This document shows, in pieces, positions 1-9,141 of a DNA stretch of 64,000 nt (the stretch's first letter is position 1; each line of letters starts with the position of its first letter). This stretch comes from an uncultured Bacteroidales bacterium. Its GTDB lineage: Bacteria > Bacteroidota > Bacteroidia > Bacteroidales > Paludibacteraceae. The position numbers were made by a program, and so were the translations under genes. The notes beneath the pieces are model-generated. The model was given only the letters and a program-made list of their open reading frames with translations. It had not been told where the DNA came from and ran no database searches. The stretch lies in assembly GCA_945827635.1 (NCBI GenBank), contig CALZOG010000001.1, positions 2,567 to 66,566 of the forward strand. Reading direction: 5' to 3'.

Positions 1-1
1 C

Positions 2-580
2 ACTACCCAGGAGCAGACGCGACGCGTGTACTATGAGTACGGATATGCTGCCGCACTCCTGGATATCGACAAACGTGCCGCACGACCGTATATCCGGCAG
101 TTCGGCGAACATATTGAGGTGCTCAAAAACGACCTGCCGCCAGTGCTGCTGCACGTCTATACAGTCGCCTTCCATACCTACGACATGGCGGCCAATGCCC
201 GGCATATAAAGATGCACTGCGACCAGATTCTCCTGCATGCCGAACAGGCGGTTCAGGCGGACTCCACTCACCCGCTCGCATGGGGCATACAGGCTAACGT
301 GCACTTCTATGCTCCGCGACTGATGGGCGGAAACAAACAACTGGCTATGCGCGAATACGAACGGGCAGACAGCTTGTTCGAAATGCACGCACACGATCAT
401 GAACTCGACTGGACATACATGGCGCAGACTGTCAGCCTCGTGCAGTGCTACGACAAACTCGGACTCAAGGACAAAGCACTCGCAAAAGCACGACAGGCAG
501 CCGCAAGATGGCAGCGGTTCGACTATATGAAGCAATACTTGCAAGAACTCGAAAAGAAAACAAATAACAACAATCATTAA
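2..580 (+). CDS. hypothetical protein, C-terminal part (5' end outside window)
   Basis: The frame of listed ORF 26..580 stays open back to base 2 (TTQEQTRR-VYYEY...), so the GTG at 26 is probably internal. Helical, TPR-like composition. No family recognised. Confidence 0.45.
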   Translation, partial: TTQEQTRRVYYEYGYAAALLDIDKRAARPYIRQFGEHIEVLKNDLPPVLLHVYTVAFHTYDMAANARHIKMHCDQILLHAEQAVQADSTHPLAWGIQANVHFYAPRLMGGNKQLAMREYERADSLFEMHAHDHELDWTYMAQTVSLVQCYDKLGLKDKALAKARQAAARWQRFDYMKQYLQELEKKTNNNNH

Positions 581-598
581 CCATTTAATCTAAAACTT

Positions 599-2761
599 AT
601 GGCTAAAGTTTATCATGCAAATGAAATCAAGAACATCGCCTTGATGGGAGGTAGCGGTTCAGGTAAAACCACGCTCATGGAGGCTATGCTCTTCGAGAGC
701 GGAGTGATCAAACGTCGCGGCACGGTTGAGGCGCAATCCACCGTATGCGACTATTTCCCTGTAGAAAAAGAATACGGCTACTCGGTGTTCTCCACCGTTT
801 GTAACGTCGAATATGCCGGCAAGAAGCTGAACATTATCGACTGCCCGGGTTCCGACGACTTCTGTGGTGGTGCAATCTCCGCACTGCACGTATGCGATAC
901 CGCTATCATCACCCTCACCGCCAACGGCGGAGTGGAGGTAGGTACGCAGAACAACTTCCGTATGGCTGAGAATGCCAAGAAACCCGTCGTGTTCCTCGTG
1001 AACAAGTGCGACCACGAAAACGCCAATCTCGACCGTACACTCGAGGGACTCAAGGAGAACTTCGGCAACAAGGTCGTTGTACTCCAGTACCCCGTTAACC
1101 CGGGCGCAGGATTCAACTCGGCTATCGATGTGCTCAAACGCAAGATGCTCGTTTGGAAAGCCGAAGGAGGTGCTCCCGAACTCAAAGATATACCTGCTGA
1201 CGAGCAAGCCAAAGCCGAAGAGATGCTGTCTAACGTCATGGAGATAGCCGCTTCCTACGACGAAGCACTCATGGAGAAGTTCTTCGACCAGGGCGAACTG
1301 ACCATCGAGGAGACCATCGAAGGCATCCGTAACACCTTCAAAGAGGGAGGTATCTATCCCGTTATATGCGCTTCAGGTACACGCGACATGGGCGTACGCC
1401 GACTCATGGAGTTCCTCGGTGAGATGGCTCCCGCAGTAGCTGATGCACCCAAGCCTATCTCCACCGAAGGCGCCGAGGTTGCTCCCGACGACAATGCACC
1501 CGTCTCGATGTTCATCTTCAAGACCTCCGTTGAGCCGCATATCGGTGATGTCAACTACTTCAAGGTTATGCAGGGCACCGTACACGCTGCCGACGACCTT
1601 GTGAACATGGACCGCGGATCGAAGGAGCGTATCTCGCAGCTCTACGCTGTGGACGGCAGCATCCGCGTGCCGGTAGATGAGGTATGCGCAGGTGACATTG
1701 CCGCTACGGTTAAGCTGAAAGATACTCGCACCGGCAACACCCTCAACGCCAAGGATTGCGAACTGCAGTACGAACCCGTCAGCTATCCCGACCCGAAGTA
1801 CCGCCGCGCTATCCGTCCGAACAACGAGCAGGAAGCCGAGAAACTGAGCGCACTGCTCACACGTATGCATGAGGAAGATCCGACATGGCTCGTTGAGCAG
1901 AGCAAGGAACTGAAGCAGACTATCGTCAGCGGTCAGGGTGAGTTCCACCTGCGTACACTCAAGTGGCGTCTGGAGAACAACGACAAGATGATGGTTACCT
2001 TCGACGAGCCGAAGATCCCGTATCGCGAGACAATCACCAAGGCTGCACGTGCCGATTATCGTCATAAGAAGCAGTCCGGTGGTTCGGGTCAGTTCGGTGA
2101 GGTGCATCTGATCGTTGAGCCGTACGAGGAAGGCGTACCTGTTAAGGAGGTTTACAAGTTCGGCAACCAGGAGTACCGCATTAGCGTCAAGGATACGCAG
2201 GAGATTCCTCTGGAGTGGGGCGGCAAACTTGTGCTGATCAACTCTATCGTCGGAGGTGCTATCGATGCACGTTTCATCCCGGCTATCCTCAAAGGCTTGA
2301 TGGATCGTATGGAGCAAGGACCGCTCACGGGCTCGTATGCGCGTGACGTGCGCGTCATTATCTATGATGGTAAGATGCACCCGGTTGACTCCAACGAAAT
2401 ATCGTTCCGTCTGGCAGGCCGTAACGCTTTTGCCGAGGCGTTCCGCAACGCTAACCCGAAGGTACTGGAGCCGATCTATGATGTAGAGGTGTTCGTTCCG
2501 TCAGATATGATGGGCGATGTGATGTCCGACATCACCGGTCGTCGTGGCATGGTGCTCGGTATGCACACCGAGAAGAACTTCACACGTCTGAGTGCACAGG
2601 TGCCTCTGGCTGAGATGGCGTCGTACTCCACCACGCTCTCCTCGCTCACCGGCGGACGCGCTACGTTCACGATGAAGTTCAAGGACTACGAGCTCGTTCC
2701 GGGCGATGTGCAGGACAAACTGCTCAAAGCCTACCAGGAGTCGCTCAAGGAAGACGAGTAA
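599..2761 (+). CDS. elongation factor G family translational GTPase (divergent EF-G paralog)
   Basis: 720 aa. N-terminal GTPase with G1 GGSGSGKT, G3 DCPGSDDF and G4 NKCD. EF-G-like domain order and length. ATG at 599, followed by a hairpin terminator. Confidence 0.88.
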   Translation: MAKVYHANEIKNIALMGGSGSGKTTLMEAMLFESGVIKRRGTVEAQSTVCDYFPVEKEYGYSVFSTVCNVEYAGKKLNIIDCPGSDDFCGGAISALHVCDTAIITLTANGGVEVGTQNNFRMAENAKKPVVFLVNKCDHENANLDRTLEGLKENFGNKVVVLQYPVNPGAGFNSAIDVLKRKMLVWKAEGGAPELKDIPADEQAKAEEMLSNVMEIAASYDEALMEKFFDQGELTIEETIEGIRNTFKEGGIYPVICASGTRDMGVRRLMEFLGEMAPAVADAPKPISTEGAEVAPDDNAPVSMFIFKTSVEPHIGDVNYFKVMQGTVHAADDLVNMDRGSKERISQLYAVDGSIRVPVDEVCAGDIAATVKLKDTRTGNTLNAKDCELQYEPVSYPDPKYRRAIRPNNEQEAEKLSALLTRMHEEDPTWLVEQSKELKQTIVSGQGEFHLRTLKWRLENNDKMMVTFDEPKIPYRETITKAARADYRHKKQSGGSGQFGEVHLIVEPYEEGVPVKEVYKFGNQEYRISVKDTQEIPLEWGGKLVLINSIVGGAIDARFIPAILKGLMDRMEQGPLTGSYARDVRVIIYDGKMHPVDSNEISFRLAGRNAFAEAFRNANPKVLEPIYDVEVFVPSDMMGDVMSDITGRRGMVLGMHTEKNFTRLSAQVPLAEMASYSTTLSSLTGGRATFTMKFKDYELVPGDVQDKLLKAYQESLKEDE

Positions 2762-2780
2762 TCGCCTGACTTTGCAAAGA

Positions 2781-2808
2781 AAACAGCGTGCCGGTTGGTA
2801 CGCTGTTT
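2781..2808 (+). terminator. intrinsic terminator hairpin downstream of the EF-G paralog
   Basis: Perfect 9-bp stem AAACAGCGT / ACGCTGTTT with a 10-nt loop, followed by the T-rich CTTGTTT. Lies 20 nt after the stop codon. Confidence 0.6.
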
Positions 2809-2811
2809 CTT

Positions 2812-2860
2812 GTTTAGTGTTGAATGTTTAGCGTTTAATGTTGAGCGTAGAGTTGTTGAA
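2812..2860. repeat. degenerate heptanucleotide tandem repeat (GTTKARN x ~7), reverse orientation of the NCTCAAC family
   Basis: Units read GTTTAGT GTTGAAT GTTTAGC GTTTAAT GTTGAGC GTAGAGT TGTTGAA. Sits between the convergent 3' ends of the EF-G paralog and glmS. Confidence 0.6.
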
Positions 2861-2863
2861 GAG

Positions 2864-4771
2864 CTACTCCACCGTGACGGATTTGGCGAGGTTGCGCGGC
2901 TGATCGACATCACAGCCCTTGATCACGGCAATATGATAGGCGAGCAGTTGCAGCGGTATGACGGTCAGCAGCGGAGTGAGGCACTCTTCGGTAGCAGGTA
3001 TCTCAATGGTATAATCCGCTATCCGGCTGACAAGTTCGTCGCCCTCGGTAACAACGGCTATCACGCGACCTTTGCGGGCTTTGATCTCCTGGATATTGCT
3101 GACCACCTTCTCGTACGTTCCGCAGTGCGGTGCAACAACCACTACCGGCATCTCCTGCGAGATAAGGGCTATCGGACCATGTTTCATCTCAGCGGCAGGA
3201 TACCCCTCGGCATGAATGTAACTTATCTCCTTGAGTTTGAGTGCGCCCTCGAGTGCCACGGGGAAATTGTAACCTCTGCCGAGGTAAATGAAGTTTTGTG
3301 CATACGTGAATGTTTTGGCGAAGTCGGCTATTCGTTTGTTCTGACCGAGTACGCGTTCAATCTTGTCGGGTATCTGCCCGAGTTCGCGTACTATAGCCAG
3401 ATACTGCTCTTGGCTCAGTGTCTCTTTCTCGCGCCCTATACACAACGCCAGCATAGTCAGTGCAGTGACTTGTGCCGTGAATGCCTTGGTACTGGCTACG
3501 CCGATCTCCGGACCGACATGTGTGTAACAACCGCTGTCGCTCAGTCGAGGGATAGAAGCCCCGACCACATTGCAGATGGAGAAGATAAACGCTCCCTTGG
3601 ATTTAGCCAGTTGGATAGCAGCCAATGTGTCCGCCGTTTCGCCGGATTGCGAGATCGCAACCACAATATCATCCTTGTTAATCACAGGCTTGCGGTAGCG
3701 GAACTCGCTGGAGTATTCCACCTCCACGGGAATCTGTGCAAACTCCTCGATGGCATACATCGCAATCAGTCCTGCATGCCAGCTTGTGCCGCAAGCGGTG
3801 ATGATGATTCGCTTGGCGTCCAGAAAACGTTGCTTGTTGTCAATGAATCCGGAAAGGGCTATGTTATCCTGACGCACGTTCACACGTCCGCGCATCGAGT
3901 CGGTCAGTGTACGCGGTTGCTCGAAGATCTCCTTGAGCATGAAGTGCGGATAACCGCCTTTCTCCAGTTGTGAGAGCGACATCTCAAGGCGCTTGATCTC
4001 AGGCGTCTTCTGTACATTGTTGATGGTGGTGATATCTATATTACTTTCTTCTTTCGGCTCGCCCGTTTCGCTCAACTCGTCCCTTTCACTCAACTCTGAA
4101 CTCTCAACGCTCAACTTTATAGTCACCACCTCCTCGTCTTCAATATATATCACCTTGTCGGTGTACTCAACGATAGGTGTGGCGTCCGATGCCAGGAAGT
4201 ATTCGTCCTGACCTATACCCACTACCAGCGGTGAGCCCTTGCGAGCGGCAACGAGTGTGTCCGGATGATCCTTGTCAAGTACGGCAATAGCGTATGCACC
4301 CACTACCTGCTGCAAAGCCAGTTGCACGGCGGTCTTCAGATCGACATGCCGGTTGAGTTGCGTATATTCGATCAGTTGCACCAGCACCTCCGTATCCGTG
4401 TCGGATTTGAAGGTGTATCCCTCTTGTTGCAATCCGGCTTTGAGCACGGCATAGTTCTCTATTATGCCGTTGTGGATAATTGCCAGCCGTTCGCTTTCGG
4501 AGTAATGTGGATGAGCGTTCACGGTGTTCGGCTCGCCGTGTGTCGCCCAACGCGTATGCGCTATGCCTATGCAACCGTCGGTATCCTTGTCAGCAGCATA
4601 CGTCTCCAGTTCCGCCACTTTGCCCTTGGCTTTGTAGATGTTCAGTTGCCCTTGCGGATTGATCAGTGCTACTCCTGCACTGTCATAACCGCGGTACTCC
4701 AAACGGTGCAAACCTTTAATCAGTATCGGATACGCCTTGCGCTTGCCGATATATCCAACTATTCCACACAT
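2864..4771 (-). CDS. glmS: glutamine--fructose-6-phosphate aminotransferase (isomerizing)
   Basis: Starts MCGIVGYIG (N-terminal catalytic Cys after Met). Glutaminase domain plus two SIS domains. Ends ...AKSVTVE, the typical GlmS C-terminus. 635 aa with an acidic linker insertion. Confidence 0.95.
   Translation of the reverse strand: MCGIVGYIGKRKAYPILIKGLHRLEYRGYDSAGVALINPQGQLNIYKAKGKVAELETYAADKDTDGCIGIAHTRWATHGEPNTVNAHPHYSESERLAIIHNGIIENYAVLKAGLQQEGYTFKSDTDTEVLVQLIEYTQLNRHVDLKTAVQLALQQVVGAYAIAVLDKDHPDTLVAARKGSPLVVGIGQDEYFLASDATPIVEYTDKVIYIEDEEVVTIKLSVESSELSERDELSETGEPKEESNIDITTINNVQKTPEIKRLEMSLSQLEKGGYPHFMLKEIFEQPRTLTDSMRGRVNVRQDNIALSGFIDNKQRFLDAKRIIITACGTSWHAGLIAMYAIEEFAQIPVEVEYSSEFRYRKPVINKDDIVVAISQSGETADTLAAIQLAKSKGAFIFSICNVVGASIPRLSDSGCYTHVGPEIGVASTKAFTAQVTALTMLALCIGREKETLSQEQYLAIVRELGQIPDKIERVLGQNKRIADFAKTFTYAQNFIYLGRGYNFPVALEGALKLKEISYIHAEGYPAAEMKHGPIALISQEMPVVVVAPHCGTYEKVVSNIQEIKARKGRVIAVVTEGDELVSRIADYTIEIPATEECLTPLLTVIPLQLLAYHIAVIKGCDVDQPRNLAKSVTVE
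4070..4115. repeat. NCTCAAC heptad repeats inside the glmS coding sequence
   Basis: GCTCAAC at 4070-4076, then ACTCAAC TCTGAAC TCTCAAC GCTCAAC at 4088-4115. On the coding strand this reads ...KLSVESSELSERDELSE... Confidence 0.65.
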
Positions 4772-4808
4772 AAAGTTATTTACGATTTTATTATTTACGA
4801 TTTGGTTA

Positions 4809-5990
4809 CTAACGATTTACGATGTATGATTTGGTCATTTTTATTCGCTCGAGTGCTTCCATACACTCTTCGCGTCTGGAGAATCCCGAGAAGCGTACAT
4901 ATCCTTCACCCGACTGCCCGAATCCTACGCCGGGTGTACATACTACTTGGCATTGCTCCAGCAGATGGTCGAAGAATTGCCATGAGCTCCATCCGTACGG
5001 TGCTTTGCACCATATATACGGTGCATTTTCTCCGCCATACACTTGAAATCCTATCTCGCTCAATCCGTTCCTTATAAGTTGTGCTGTTGTCAGGTAGTGC
5101 CTGATGTTCGCTTTGCAGGCTTCCTGCCCTTCAGCCGTGTATGTTGCCATGGCTGCGCGTTGAGATACATACGAGGTGCCGTTGTACTTTGTGGTTTGTC
5201 GGCGCAGCCATAAGTCATTCAAACCGGTGGCTTTGGGTACAATGGTATATCCGCAGCGTAGAGAGGTGAATCCGGCACTTTTGCTGAAACTGCGTACCTC
5301 GATTGCCACCTTCTCCGCTCCGGCTATCTCGTAGATGCTGTGCGGTATATCCGGCTGCGTAATAAATGCCTCGTAGGCTCCGTCGTAGATAATGATACTT
5401 TTGTTAGCCAGCGCATAATCTACCCACTGCTTGAGTTGGTCGTATGTGAGCACGATACCGGTCGGGTTGTTCGGATAACACAGATAGATGATATCCGCTT
5501 TTCCTGTAGGCAGGTCGGGCACGAAACCATTTTCTGCCAGACACGGAAGGTTCAGCATCTGTCTCCCTGCCATAATCGTTGTATCTGCGTATGCCGGATA
5601 CGACGGATCCAGTATGGCTACGCTGTTGTCGTTTGCAAACAGTTCGCTCAGGTTACCCAGATCACTGCCCGCTCCATCACTAACAAACACCTCGTCCACA
5701 TCCAACTGTATGTTGCGTGGTGCATAATCGTTGTCGATGATCGTCTGCCGCAGCCAGTGATAGCCGGTTTCCGGTCCGTATCCGCGGAACGTATCCTGAT
5801 GAGCCAGTTCGTCGGCAGCCTGCTTCATGGCCTGCACAATCACCTGCGGCAACGGACGAGTCACATCGCCCACACCTAACTGCAACACTCTTTGCCCCGG
5901 ATGGGAAGCCGAATACGCCTTGGTGCGGTCGGTGATATCCTTAAACAGATATTGCCCTTGCAGGTTTCGGAAGTTCGTGTTTATCTTCAT
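4809..5990 (-). CDS. dapL: LL-diaminopimelate aminotransferase
   Basis: Class I aminotransferase with the PLP-lysine motif SFSKSAGFTSLRCGY. Begins MKINTNFRNLQGQYLF. Start trimmed to the ATG at 5990, because the listed ORF extension overlaps dapF. Adjacent to dapF. Confidence 0.88.
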   Translation of the reverse strand: MKINTNFRNLQGQYLFKDITDRTKAYSASHPGQRVLQLGVGDVTRPLPQVIVQAMKQAADELAHQDTFRGYGPETGYHWLRQTIIDNDYAPRNIQLDVDEVFVSDGAGSDLGNLSELFANDNSVAILDPSYPAYADTTIMAGRQMLNLPCLAENGFVPDLPTGKADIIYLCYPNNPTGIVLTYDQLKQWVDYALANKSIIIYDGAYEAFITQPDIPHSIYEIAGAEKVAIEVRSFSKSAGFTSLRCGYTIVPKATGLNDLWLRRQTTKYNGTSYVSQRAAMATYTAEGQEACKANIRHYLTTAQLIRNGLSEIGFQVYGGENAPYIWCKAPYGWSSWQFFDHLLEQCQVVCTPGVGFGQSGEGYVRFSGFSRREECMEALERIKMTKSYIVNR

Positions 5991-5995
5991 AGCAA

Positions 5996-6817
5996 TTACA
6001 GATAATATTCGCCACGGTAAACGATGGTTGCGGTGCCGTTCATGAAGATGGGTTCGTTGTCGCCCGCCCATTGTATTCGCAACTCACCTCCGGGCAGGTG
6101 TACCGTCACATCTCTGCCGGTATATCCGAGTCGTATAGCTGCGGCTGCCGCGGCACAAGCGCCTGTTCCGCAGGCTTGCGTCTCTCCTGAACCGCGTTCC
6201 CACACACGCAGGTCGATCTCGCTGCGGTTACGTACGCATGCAAACTCCACGTTCGTACCCTCAGAAAAATGCGGATGCGTGGCAATCGGCCTGCCTAACC
6301 GGTGTAACTGCTCTGAGGAGAGCTCGTATTCGCTGAAGAACACCGCGTGAGGGTTACCCATGTTCACCTGCGTAAAAGTTTGAGGAAGAGTGTCCAGTAT
6401 GGGTGCTTCGGCCGTTATAACCGGTATACCCATGTTGACTTTCACATTCTTCACCAATCCGTCAGTAACCTGTAACGCCAGTTCGCGTATTCCTGCTTGA
6501 GTCGCAATAGTCATTTGCTTCTTGCGGCACAGATAACTCTCGTACAGATATTTGCCTACACACCGGATGGCGTTACCGCACATCTGCGCCTCCGAGCCGT
6601 CGGCATTGAAGATGCGCATACGTGCATCAGCTTCGTTGTCCGGCAACATCAGCACCAGTCCGTCCGAACCCACACCGGTATGTCTGTCGCTTATCCGGCG
6701 AGCCAGTGCCGGTATGTCGGCGTGGGCGATGAGGGCTGCTGTATCCTCGTCAAAACAATCGATGTACACGTAGTCATTGCCCAACCCGTGCATCTTGATG
6801 AACGGAAGATTTGCCAT
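5996..6817 (-). CDS. dapF: diaminopimelate epimerase
   Basis: FIKMHGLGNDY N-terminal motif and both catalytic Cys regions (MCGNAIRC, ACGTGACAAA). Start trimmed to MANLPF at 6817. Confidence 0.9.
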   Translation of the reverse strand: MANLPFIKMHGLGNDYVYIDCFDEDTAALIAHADIPALARRISDRHTGVGSDGLVLMLPDNEADARMRIFNADGSEAQMCGNAIRCVGKYLYESYLCRKKQMTIATQAGIRELALQVTDGLVKNVKVNMGIPVITAEAPILDTLPQTFTQVNMGNPHAVFFSEYELSSEQLHRLGRPIATHPHFSEGTNVEFACVRNRSEIDLRVWERGSGETQACGTGACAAAAAAIRLGYTGRDVTVHLPGGELRIQWAGDNEPIFMNGTATIVYRGEYYL

Positions 6818-6849
6818 AGGTCTTGGTTGAGTGAATAAACGGTTGATGT

Positions 6850-9051
6850 TTAGTGTGTAAACAGCAGTTCTCTGTACTTGGGCAGTGTCCACATCTCGTC
6901 ATCCACAATGAGTTCGAGTGCGTCTGCATGTTCGCGTATCTGTGCCATCAGCGGCAGGACGCAATCGTGGTACGCCACGGCTTTGCTGCGTTCGTCAGTC
7001 TGGCGGTTCGCCTTATGCCGCGCCTCAGTCATCGCTTCTACGCCTTCGAGAATAGCACAGGAGTGATTCTCTATTTGGCGGATGATATCATAGTCGCGTG
7101 CGTTAAGCGTGGCTACCTCCTCCGCCGTGAATACCTGCTTCACGGCTAACACGTTCTGCAGTAACATCGTTTGGTAACGTTTGGCTGCAGGCAACACGTG
7201 GTTCAGGACAAGGTCGCCCAGCACGCGGCTCTCTATTTGCAGTTTTTTGTTGTATGTACCCCATTTCACTTCGCAGCGACTATGTAACTCCGCCTCGCTC
7301 AGTACACCTGTTGCTTCGAACATCTTCACTGTTTCCGGCAGCAGATATTGGTCGAAGATCACCGGTACACTCGTCTCGCAGTTCAGTCCGCGCCTTGCTG
7401 CTTCGGCTTTCCACTCCTCAGAGTAACCGTTGCCGTCAAAGCGGATAGGTTTGCATGATACGATATATTGCCGTATCACCTCAAATAGTGCCCGCTCTTT
7501 CGGTTGCCCTTGCTCAATGCGCGAATCTACCTCCTGCTTGAACAGAAGCAGTTGCTCTGCTACGGCGGCGTTAAGCGCTAACATTGCTGCACCGCAGTTG
7601 GCACTCGAGCCTACAGCACGGAACTCAAACCTGTTGCCTGTGAATGCAAACGGTGACGTGCGGTTGCGGTCGGTGTTGTCGAGCAGGATTTCGGGGATAT
7701 TTGCCACGCCGAGTTTCATCTCTTTCTTGGCGTTGATGACAATAGCTTCGTCTGCAGAGGCGTGCTCCAGTTTGTCCAATACGGCACTTATCTGCTTGCC
7801 GAGAAACACGCTGATGATAGCCGGTGGTGCCTCGTTCGCTCCCAAACGGTGCTCGTTGGTTGCGGAGGCAATAGATGCTTTCAGCAAGCCGTTGTATTTA
7901 TACACCGCCATCAGTACGTTCACCAGGAACGTGATAAACTGCAGGTTCTGGTACGGGTTCTTGCCGGGTGCGAGCAGATTGATACCTGTGTTCGTTCCTA
8001 TCGACCAGTTGCAATGCTTGCCGCTGCCGTTCACTCCGGCAAAAGGTTTCTCGTGCAGCAATACACGGAAATGATGGCGTTGCGCCACACGCTCCATGAT
8101 TGACATAACGAGCAGGTTGTGGTCGTTGGCAAGATTGACATTCTCATATACAGGTGCCATCTCAAACTGGTTGGGTGCTACCTCATTATGGCGCGTACGA
8201 ACAGGCACGCCTGCGCGCAAAGCTTCATATTCCAGTTCGCGCATGAACGCCAGCACCCTGGCAGGTATAGCACCGAAATAGTGGTCGCCCAACTGCTGGT
8301 TCTTGGCACTCAGGTGACCCATCAGTGTCCTGCCTGTTAGTAGTAGGTCGGGACGAGCATTATATAGCGCCTCGTCCACAAGAAAATATTCCTGCTCCCA
8401 ACCCAGATTGGCATGAACATGCTTCACCTGCTTGTCGAAGTACGCACACACCTCACGGGCCGCGTGACACAACGATGCCGTGGAACGGATGAGAGGCGTC
8501 TTGTAATCCAACGCCTCACCCGTATATGCCACAAACACGGTTGGGATACACAATGTGTCGCCGATCAGGAACACAGGCGACGAAGGATCCCACGCCGAGT
8601 AACCGCGTGCTTCAAACGTGTTGCGTATGCCTCCACTCGGAAACGAAGAAGCATCCGGCTCCTGCTGGTACAACGCCTCACCGCTGAACTCTTCTATCAG
8701 CGTACCGTCTTTCAGCGTGAAGAATGCGTCGTGCTTCTCCGCTGTGCCGCCTGTCAACGGCTGAAACCAATGCGTGAAGTGTGTCGCACCGCGATCCATC
8801 GCCCACTTACGCATGCCGATGGCTACTATGCCTGCAATCTCACGATGGATAGTGCGACCATTGTCCACGTCGTCAAACAAGGCGGCAAGCACCTCCTCAG
8901 CAATGTACTCCTTCATTCGCTCGCGGGTGAACACGTCACGAGCAAAGTAATCTTTTACCTTCTCTTCACTGCACAGCGTTGCTGACTCCTGAACGCCGGG
9001 CGCGCGGTGATTCATACTAAGCTTGATGGCCTCAAATCGAATATTGCTCAT
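6850..9051 (-). CDS. glnA: glutamine synthetase, type III
   Basis: 733 aa, the length class of GSIII known from Bacteroides. N-terminal ...FTHWFQPLTGGTAEKHDAFF and a central GS catalytic core. Confidence 0.9.
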   Translation of the reverse strand: MSNIRFEAIKLSMNHRAPGVQESATLCSEEKVKDYFARDVFTRERMKEYIAEEVLAALFDDVDNGRTIHREIAGIVAIGMRKWAMDRGATHFTHWFQPLTGGTAEKHDAFFTLKDGTLIEEFSGEALYQQEPDASSFPSGGIRNTFEARGYSAWDPSSPVFLIGDTLCIPTVFVAYTGEALDYKTPLIRSTASLCHAAREVCAYFDKQVKHVHANLGWEQEYFLVDEALYNARPDLLLTGRTLMGHLSAKNQQLGDHYFGAIPARVLAFMRELEYEALRAGVPVRTRHNEVAPNQFEMAPVYENVNLANDHNLLVMSIMERVAQRHHFRVLLHEKPFAGVNGSGKHCNWSIGTNTGINLLAPGKNPYQNLQFITFLVNVLMAVYKYNGLLKASIASATNEHRLGANEAPPAIISVFLGKQISAVLDKLEHASADEAIVINAKKEMKLGVANIPEILLDNTDRNRTSPFAFTGNRFEFRAVGSSANCGAAMLALNAAVAEQLLLFKQEVDSRIEQGQPKERALFEVIRQYIVSCKPIRFDGNGYSEEWKAEAARRGLNCETSVPVIFDQYLLPETVKMFEATGVLSEAELHSRCEVKWGTYNKKLQIESRVLGDLVLNHVLPAAKRYQTMLLQNVLAVKQVFTAEEVATLNARDYDIIRQIENHSCAILEGVEAMTEARHKANRQTDERSKAVAYHDCVLPLMAQIREHADALELIVDDEMWTLPKYRELLFTH

Positions 9052-9133
9052 ATTGGATATGATATATTAGTGTATGTTTAAGCAAATGACGCTGATTTTT
9101 GTTTTTAATCGGATTAAACTCAAAAAACAGCGG

Positions 9134-9141
9134 CAAAATTA
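9134..9141 (-). promoter_or_regulatory. Bacteroidetes-type -7 promoter box (TAATTTTG) for glnA
   Basis: Matches TAnnTTTG on the minus strand, 83 nt upstream of the glnA ATG. A TTTG (-33-like) lies about 20 bp further upstream (9162-9165 on plus). Confidence 0.5.

Noticed and set aside
1373-2380. 335-aa minus-strand ORF.
   Set aside because: It is antisense to the EF-G paralog.
2795-3973. 392-aa ORF on the plus strand.
   Set aside because: It is entirely antisense to glmS, whose identity is unambiguous. Its sequence is low-complexity with no motif. It is a typical shadow ORF of a gene with GC-rich third positions.
4772-4808. Possible glmS ribozyme or riboswitch upstream of glmS.
   Set aside because: The spacer is only 37 nt and AT-rich. 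That is far too short for the ribozyme, which is in any case characteristic of Gram-positive lineages.
4809-6071. N-terminal extensions of listed ORFs: dapL to 6071, dapF to 6892, the LTA-synthase-like genes to 39851 and 52883, secA to 59433, rpsT to 20293, and the AraC gene at 22421.
   Set aside because: The extensions overlap the preceding gene or a promoter box. They also add residues with no similarity to the conserved family N-termini. Internal ATGs that restore the canonical N-termini or signal peptides were used instead.
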